Part shown: positions 51,123 to 64,000 of the stretch, piece by piece
How positions within the stretch are numbered: position 1 is the first letter of the stretch
Layout: each line of letters starts with the position of its first letter
Origin: the human T2T-CHM13v2.0 reference genome, Homo sapiens
Assembly: GCF_009914755.1 (NCBI RefSeq)
Contig: NC_060937.1
Length of the DNA stretch: 64,000 bases
Strand: one strand, 5' to 3'
Program-made: the position numbers and the translations under genes
The notes under the pieces: model-generated
What the model was told of the DNA's origin: nothing
What the model saw: only the letters and a program-made list of their open reading frames with translations
The model's database searches: none

Positions 51123-52138
51123 ATGGGGAAAAAACAGAGCAGAAAAATTGGAAATTCTAAAAAGCGAGCACCTCTCCTCCTCCAAAGGAATGCAGTTCCT
51201 CACCAGCAATGGAAAAAAGCTGGGCAGAGAATGACTTTGACGAGTTGAGAGAAGAAGGCTTCAGACGATCAAACTACTCTGAGCTACAGGAGGAAATTCA
51301 AACCAAAGGCAAAGAAGTTAAAAACTTTGAAAAAAATTTAGACGAATGTATATCTAGAATAACCAATACAGAGAAGTGCTTAAAGGAGCTGATGGAGCTG
51401 AAAGCCAAGGCTCGAGAACTACGTGAAGAATGCAGAAGATTCAAGAGCTGATGTGATCAACTGGAAGAAAGGGTATCAGTGATGGAAGAAGAAATGAATG
51501 AAATGAAGCGAGAAGGGAAGTTTAGAGAAAAAAGAATAAAAAGAAATGAGCAAAGCCTCCAAGAAATATGGGACTATGTGAAAAGACCAAATCTACGTCT
51601 GATTGGTGTACCTGAAACTGACGGGGAGAATGGAACCAAGTTGGAAAACACTCTGCAGGATATTATCCAGGAGAACTCCCCCAATATAGCAAGGCAGGCC
51701 AACATTCAGATTCAGGAAATACAGAGAAGGCCACAAAGATACTCCTCGAAAAGAGCGATTCCAAGACACATAATTGTCAGATTCACCATAGTTGAAATGA
51801 AGGAAAAAATGTTAAGGGCAGCCAGAGAGAAAGGTCGGGTTACCCACAAAGGGAAGCCCATCAGACTAACAGTGGATCTCTTGGCAGAAACTCTAGAAGC
51901 CAGAAGAGAGTGGGGGCCGATATTCAACATTCTTAAAGAAAAGAATTTTCAACGCAGAATTTCATATCCAGCCAAACTAAGCTTCATAAGTGAAGGAGAA
52001 ATAAAATACTTTACAGACAAGCAAATGCTGAGAGATTTTGTCACCACCAGGCCTGCCCTAAAAGAGCTCCTGAAGGAAGCACTAAACATGGAAAGGAACA
52101 ACCAGTACCAGCCGCTGCAAAATCATGCCAAAATGTAA
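51123..52138 (+). pseudogene. L1 ORF1p, disrupted
   Basis: ATGGGGAAAAAACAGAGC at 51123, an early frameshift, a stop at 51449-51451; fragments ENDFDELREEGFRRSNYSEL and LQEIWDYVKRPNLRLIGVPE...YPAKLSF. Confidence 0.93.
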
Positions 52139-52201
52139 AGATCATCGAGACAAGGAAGAAACTGCATCAACTAACGAGCAAAATAACCAGCTAGCATCAT
52201 A

Positions 52202-56020
<3,819 letters not shown>

Positions 56021-56249
56021 ACAATGAGAACACACAGACACCGGAAGGGGAACATCACACTTCGGGGACTGTTGTGTGGTGGGGGGAGGGGGGAGGGATA
56101 GCATTAGGAGATATTCCTAATGCTAAATGACGAGTTAATGGGTGCAGCACACCAACATGGCACATGAATACTTATGTTGCAATCCTGCACATTGTGCACA
56201 TGTATCCTAAAACTTAAAGTATAATAATAAAATAAAAAAGCAAAATATA

Positions 56250-58500
56250 CACTAATACAGATTAACCAACTAAAAAAAGTAGAGAAAGGTTATTTAAAAA
56301 ATATAAAGCATACAGTAATAATCTAACACGTTGAAATCTAAGAAGGAGAAAACAGCTGGTCTGAACAGCATTTTAAGTGGCAATGTTAGAGGTTTTATCA
56401 AAATTGACCAATAATATTAATCCACAGGTTCAGGAGGCTTTGCAAACCAAATGAAAACACACAGAGAGGACACACCTAGGAACATAATGGGACAATTTCT
56501 GAAAAGTAAAAGAAAAATGTCAAAAGCACTTGATAAAAAAATTGGGCTAACTATAAACAGAAAGAGTTGACTGATGACAACCTTCTCAAATGAAACTATG
56601 AAAGCCAACAAGTGAGGTATTGATACCTTTCAAGTCCTGAAATAAAATAAGTGCCGACCTAGAACTGTCTACTTGGTGGATATATCCATCAAAAGCAAAG
56701 ATACAATAAAGAATTTATCCCAAGCAGACCCACAGGAAAAGAAATACTAAAGATTATTCTTCAGGTAGAAGAGCTATGATCCCTGATGAAAGTTTGCAGT
56801 TAGAAGAACGCTTTTTTTAATGAAAGAAATAAACATAGAGAGAAATTTAATTGGATATCGACTGTATAACAGAATACTATCTCATAAAGTTTAAAATGCA
56901 TCTTCCATACAACAGCAGAAGCATATAAGTTGTGAGTTGGATAAATTAATTTTAAAATATTGTCAAGTTTTTTTGCAAATAGACAAATGTACCAATTATA
57001 TTAGACCCTGAATGCACGTTGTAATAAACCAGTTAAAACATAATCAGACCAGATTTTTTAAATGGACTCTCCTAAAGTTTTAATAATTTATATTTATATT
57101 TCACATATGTTGAAATTAAATAATGGAAAAGCATGCAATGCAAATATTAAACAAAATATAGCTTTAGTTGTACTTATATTCACATTTAAAAAGTTGGACA
57201 CAGTTAAGTCTCAGTGATTTTTTTACACAACGGAGGCAAGCTGTGCAGTTATAACTAGTATTATGTTATGCTCTTGGCCTGATTACAGAAGGGAAAGGAA
57301 CACTCATACCAGATAATGGCAGAATGAAGCAACAAGGAGTAGAGTTACAGAACATGATGCTGTAACTGGGACTGGAGTTACTCTTTTAGAGTTAAAGAAT
57401 AGTAAACTGGACAAAATATATGAAACTTTTTTTGAAATACTGAACATCAGGCAGCACAGGACTGTGCTCCGCAAGAGAAAAGAAGGAGCCAGAATGACTC
57501 CTGCTTTATTCCCAGGTTCTCCGTGACAGCAGTAGAGAGGAATCCCAGAGAGAGCAGACATTGTCATTGCACTGAGGAACCAGATAAAAACGAAAATGTT
57601 AAGCAGTTGGAATATGTAGTAGAAGAGAACGTTTACAGAAAAAGGAACCAATAATCAGCCTAAGGTTTCTCCCAAGTCCCTAAGCCAAATGTACATAGGA
57701 TGAAATTCTAAGGAGCTCAGCAAAGGACTCTACCAGGGAGTTGGAAGAACACTTCCCTGGCATCACATGACAGGAAGACATGTTAGCTCTGACCAGCGAG
57801 AGAAGGGAATCCCCTCTGTACCTCCAGGATATTCAGTAAAGACCACTGGAGGTTCATGCCCTAGTGACAGTGCTCATTTAGCTCCAAATTACAGATGGCT
57901 CTAGACTAACTCAACAAAGTTTAAAGAGAAGATTTAAAACAACAACAGAAAAATAGTCATCCTGAAGTTACTGAACTGCCTGCCACAACATTGTTCAAAT
58001 GTAGCCAATAAAATCTAGATATTCAATAGCATAACATCAAAATACCCCCCCCCCCAAAAAAAACTCTGACATGCAAAGAAGCCGGAAGATATATATTATT
58101 AAGATATATATTAACAGGAAAAAATAAGTCATTTATAAATGACAGAAGAAGGAATTTTCAAGGTCCTTAATGTAAATATATTTTATAAATACATATAGAT
58201 AAATACATATATATGTCAAAGTACTTAAATGAAAATTGAACATAGGAGAAAAATGGAAGTTATAAAATGAAAAATGTGACACGTATAGATGAAAAATAAA
58301 TATTTGAAATAAAAATTCCATGAGATAGAATAAGTCATGGATTTTACCCTAACATCAGAAAATATATAGAAAAATTAGAAGCTTTACAAACTAAAGGACA
58401 AAGGGTAAACTAAAATAAGAAAGCCAGAAACTCACTGATACGTGAGACAATATGCAGCAGTGTAACATACATTTAATTAATATCTCAAAAGGGATGGGTG
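56250..58500 (+). mobile_element. Ancient L1 (L1ME/L1M-like) ORF1 and 5' region fragments
   Basis: Degenerate ORF1-like sequence (CACACCTAGGAACATAAT...TTCTCAAATGAAACTATGAAAGCCA...CCTAGAACTGTCTAC). Highly diverged, boundaries approximate. Confidence 0.55.
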
Positions 58501-58589
58501 GGGGAATTATAGTTGAATAAAGAATGGTACATTCATTCCTGAGGGCACCGAGGAGGGAGGATAGCTTGAGATTCCTAAGGGAGGGTATT

Positions 58590-58706
58590 ATCCATTCATG
58601 AAGGTCCATCCCCATGACCAAACACCTCCCAGTAAGCCCCACCTGCAACATTGGGGATCAAATTTTAACAGGAGATTTGGAAGGGGCAAGCATTCAAACC
58701 ATAGCA
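58590..58706 (+). mobile_element. MaLR LTR 3' fragment (MST/MLT1A-like)
   Basis: CCATTCATGAAGG...CCCCATGACCAAACACCTCCC...GGGGATCAAATTTTAACAGGAGATTTGG...ATTCAAACCATAGCA. Confidence 0.8.
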
Positions 58707-59859
58707 AGAGTTAAATTTCCCTTTAAAAAAATCACTGATATGATTCCATTTCGCCATAGATAAAAACTATCATTTCAGCCTACCATTGAGTGTACTTATA
58801 GCTAACGGAAAGGGCACTTTGTCTTGGGAATACAGATTTGCCTAGAGGTATCCTATTGCAGTCAAAGAAAGAACAATGAGGGATAGAAAAGGTTAGTGAT
58901 GGAGACACCAACGCTGCATTTTACAACAAACAATGTAAAAACTTTACGGATTGCTTCTGCTAACTTACTAAAGTTTACGTTCCTCTCAGGTGGGAGAATT
59001 GTTGAGTTTTTTCTTAAGATAGAAAAGCAATTCAGATAATCTGAAATCTCCACAAGAAGGATAAGAAGCACAGCAGAAACTATTCTAGGCAGGAAGTCAA
59101 TCCATTCAACTGTCTGTGCTCCACAGAAACAACTGTCTGCACTGGGAGTCATACGAGGTACAGACAACAGCCAGACCTCTGATCCTCTCATTAGTGATTT
59201 CAGAAGAAATTAACAGTCAGCTGAGTAATTCACTGAGTAAAGTAAACATTTGGCGCTGACAGAGGTTAGACGGATAACTATTTGTATCACCATATTCATG
59301 AAGCTGGAATATTTTCCATTACTGGTATCACATCCGAATGGAAGATGTTAAAAGGTCTCTCATCTTGTAAGATGGATATGAAAGAACATTTTCTGAGAAA
59401 TGAAATTATTCACACACCAGCGAGGTGGATGGAAGAGAAAAAAAAAGAATAATCAGCTTGAGTTCTTCTCCTTGATAAGACAACTCACTAAAAACATAAA
59501 GAGAAAAACACAAGTTAAAATAATTAACCAGAAGAAGACTACTCTAGACTTTTTAAATTGCTGATAAGATTTTAATTTGCTCCAAGTTGAAAATAACTAT
59601 ATCGCCTGTGTTTTAAGGCACATAATGAGCAATTATATCACACATGATAGATTCAGCAGTAAAATATTATCCGTTAACAGCTGGAACTCATAAAAGCATA
59701 GCACAATGTGAAGATGGAATTTGCTAAAATAAACCATCTGCTGAAAAATACTATTCTGCAAATTTAAAAATAAAGTTTAAATGTTATTTGTCTTATTTAA
59801 TAGGTCTGTGAAAAAATGCAATATTTGAAAAGTAGGTGCTAACTTAATTAGTTCTTTAT

Positions 59860-60778
<919 letters not shown>

Positions 60779-61756
60779 CTCCATATGTACAATAAATATT
60801 ATTGTGATTTTTAATCTTTACTTTTCTGTGGAGAAAACATAGGTGTGATTTCTAGTGTAGCTGAACATCACGTTTATTGACAATATTGCACTTGTGTGTG
60901 GGAGTGTGTGTGTAGCTACTCTTTACCTTTGTTCTCACGTAATGATTAGATATTAACAATTAATTCAGTAAAATGTATGTTTTGCAATATTTCTCCATGT
61001 TATTATGCTTTAAATTAGTTTAATCATGCCACTATAATGTGTACATTTTAACCTTTGACTATAAGTCTCAATCTTATTTTGGTTCCTGTATTTGAATTTA
61101 TGCTAATAAAGTTCTACAGCTAAAAAGGATTATATAAACTTATCTACATTTTTGCTAGTATTCTGGTGTCATTTTAAATTATGTAATTAAATCAAATTTT
61201 AATTTGGATTATTGTTATCTGAGTTAAGGATCTAAATTTTTAATTTTCTTCTAAATATTACATAATTATTTCTGAACCATATATTGACTAATCTGCCCTT
61301 TATATGATGTGCATTATAAGAGCTTGGGATTGATTCCTTTGCAAAGATGAATGCTTGAGAAGTAGATATTTAATCATAACATTTCAAAATCTACTGGATA
61401 ACCTTGAATTGAAAAATAGCCTTTAGGTTGAAAAACTCCTGTAGTGAAGAAAGAAATAACTAGTATACAGTGACAATATAAACATTATAAGTATTTATTT
61501 TATTATCACCCTGAAATTTGATAATACAAACATGTAATATCTACATATCATCCATAAATCAGGTCATAAAAAATCAATACATTCTTCAAAAATTTAGCAT
61601 AACAAGAAATGCACTCTCTCTCCTTGATGGAATTAAGTTACAAATAAAAGTAAAAATAAGTAGATAAGTGATGGAAGTAGATGTTTAAAAACAAAGAAAA
61701 ATATTTGTTTTGGATAACATAAAAACTCAATTGACGATTCCAATATTTCAAGAACT

Positions 61757-61945
61757 TTGGCTGTCAACTGGTGGAGTTTTCTCCAGGAGACATTTGTCAA
61801 TGTCTAGGGTTATTGTGGGGATGTCAAGACTGGTGGAGGTGTGAAATTTAGAGGTCAAATGAATCACCTAGCATTGCTAGGGCAGCCTCCCACAACAAAG
61901 AATCCTCTGGTCCTAAAGGTAAGTAGCACCAAAGTTGAGAAACCA
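61757..61945 (+). mobile_element. MER20-like hAT DNA transposon
   Basis: CCAGGAGACATTTGTCAATGTCTAG...CAGCCTCCCACAACAAAGAAT...TAGCACCAAAGTTGAGAAACC. Confidence 0.75.
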
Positions 61946-62061
61946 TAATCTAGAAAGTAAACACTATGTAGCTATTCCAAGTGCTCAGGAAAACACATCA
62001 ATGCCCTCGAGGGGAAAAGTGTAAACATTTTAATTGCTGTACATGGTGACACAAATCCATG

Positions 62062-62513
62062 TTGTTAATCTAAGTGGAAGAGGCTGAGGCACAAAATGTA
62101 ATTCAGAGTTTACTTGAGCCAAAATGAGGACAGCTGCCTGGAAGAAACAGACCCAAGTGTCCTTGGATATGAACTCCCTTCGGAGCTTTGCAACAAGCAG
62201 TTTCTTAAAGGCAAAAAAGGGTCCAGAAGTGGGATGATGCAAAGAGGTTTGTCACAAATTCTCATTGGCTTATGGAAATAACATTTATTAGTGACTGGCT
62301 ATACACTGTTACACTATTATTGGGTGTGGATTATAGTGTCTGGTGTGGCGTTATTGGTTAATTTATAGCTACTGTGGCAACAGCAAGCAGCCTAGATGAA
62401 CACACAGCTCAAAGAGGAGCAGGACAGAACTGCTGTCTCCTTTGAATATCTCTCTGGGCCTGATTATTTAAAAGGACTTGCATTTCTCACATGAAAGTTA
62501 TTTTCTTTTCTCA
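62062..62513 (-). mobile_element. ERV1-class solo LTR (MER93-like)
   Basis: Minus strand begins TGAGAAAAGAAAATAACTTTCATGTGAGAAATGCAAGTCCTTTTAAATAATCAGGCCCAGAGAG. Confidence 0.65.
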
Positions 62514-62699
62514 ATGTCAATAAATGAGAATAAATAGACATAAAATAGGTCTTTTCGAGGATGAAGTAAATGGAATAAAAAACAAAACACAAGCTGACCA
62601 GAAATCATAGAGGGAAGAAAAGGTTATAAATATATGGAGTTTTCAAAGTGATTTTAAGCTATTAGGAATCAGTTAAATGTTGGGGGATTTTGTCTGAGT

Positions 62700-63247
62700 A
62701 TGGGCTAAAGGAGAATGTCCCTTTTGCCTTCTGAAGTTTCCCTGATAATCACTAATAGGAGGCAGATAAATAGTAGAAAAGGCAAACAGGTTTCTGCAAT
62801 GTGTGTACACTGGAGCCCTTACAATGAAGACCCAGACACACGATGGGTGCAGAAGCTTATCTACCACATGAAGTTTACAGAAAGAATGGGGTCTTGGATC
62901 ACAGGGAAAAAAAAGAAAAAAAGGTTATGTGGGAAAAGTACCCTGCCTAGAAACAGTGGACTTATTACGTAGGTGAAACCTCACTGGGAGCAGTCCTCAG
63001 ATAGAATAGACAGAAAATGTTTCTTTCAGACCTTTGGAGACCTCCGACACTCAGTTAACCTTTCCTAGATCCAGACAAGGGGGCAGACCTCAGAGAAAGC
63101 CTGGCTGCATCAAGGCAGATTCTCTACCGATGCGAATCTCCCCAAGACAGCTTTGCAGCTAAGTTTGCATTTCCAGCCCTTCTCAATAGCCATTTTGAAA
63201 TATTTCAAGGAAATATATTTTGGGGTAAAATATATTAGTTTCCTTCA
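62700..63247 (-). mobile_element. ERV1 solo LTR (MER39/MER34-like)
   Basis: Minus strand begins TGAAGGAAACTAATATATTTTACCCCAAAATATATTTCCTTGAAATATTTC; homologous to 59860-60778. Confidence 0.72.
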
Positions 63248-64000
63248 TACAGCTATAAAACATGCAGGAATAATTTTTCTCAATATCTACTACAAATCCA
63301 ATATAGCAGTAATTATAAAACCCACCAGATATTGAAGAAAAAATATGTAGAGTACATCACTCACAAATATTGATACTAAAATGCCAAATAAAATAAAAAT
63401 AATATCCAACAATATTTGAAACAGTAAGAGAAGAAATTGGCAAAAAAATAAAACAAATATCCACCTTGGGGATGAAAGTGTGATTCCAAATTTGGCAATC
63501 CAATAATATTAATAATATATTGGTTAGCCCAAATAAAAAATAAATAGGGGATTCTCAGTACATGCTAAAATATATTTGTTAAAAGGTCATATTCATGTCT
63601 TTAAAGATTTTAAATGCTATAAAGAGTCTGATATTCTATATGCAAACATGTGTATGTCCATTAGAAGAACAGAGGCCTGATTTTCATATGTTACTACATA
63701 GAGGTAGAGAAGTGGATAGATTAATTTGCATATGCATAGAGAAAGCATAAAATATAAATTTACTATCATACTTAAAGGAATTTAAATTCAACAATAAAAT
63801 AATTCAAAGGTATAATTTTAAATATTTTTAAGTTACATTATTAATATTAGATAATATTTATAATAATTGTGAAAATATTCAATGCTAAAATAAGATAGAA
63901 TGTCTAAACGTCAGTATTACAACTAGTATAAATATTTGCTTGTTTTTACAAGGAAAATTCAAGCTCAACCTAAAATTATATAGGAAATAAAAGAAAAATT

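Overview
Eukaryotic, primate (most likely human) pericentromeric-type mosaic DNA. I find no intact protein-coding gene. From left to right: (1) a 12-copy, ~134-bp near-perfect tandem array built from the 3' end of a MER30 DNA transposon (2935-4615); (2) old L1 fragments; (3) a vomeronasal type-1 receptor (VN1R) pseudogene fragment on the minus strand (~10060-10610); (4) a minus-strand ZNF91-family KRAB C2H2 zinc-finger pseudogene, with KRAB-A exon 31936-32062 (dead splice donor), KRAB-B exon 31346-31420 and a finger exon running left from 16592 with roughly two dozen disrupted fingers, but no recognisable first exon or promoter; (5) a ~9.7-kb 48-bp CER satellite array (40410-50072) that starts with a fold-back inversion; (6) a full-length but inactivated L1PA4-like LINE-1 (~50093-56238) with no evident target-site duplication, whose antisense promoter points through the satellite into the headless ZNF pseudogene; (7) old L1/LTR/Alu-rich sequence. 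Most ORFs in the track are Alu, L1 or satellite artefacts. Repeat subfamily names come from remembered consensus features and should be confirmed with RepeatMasker/Dfam.
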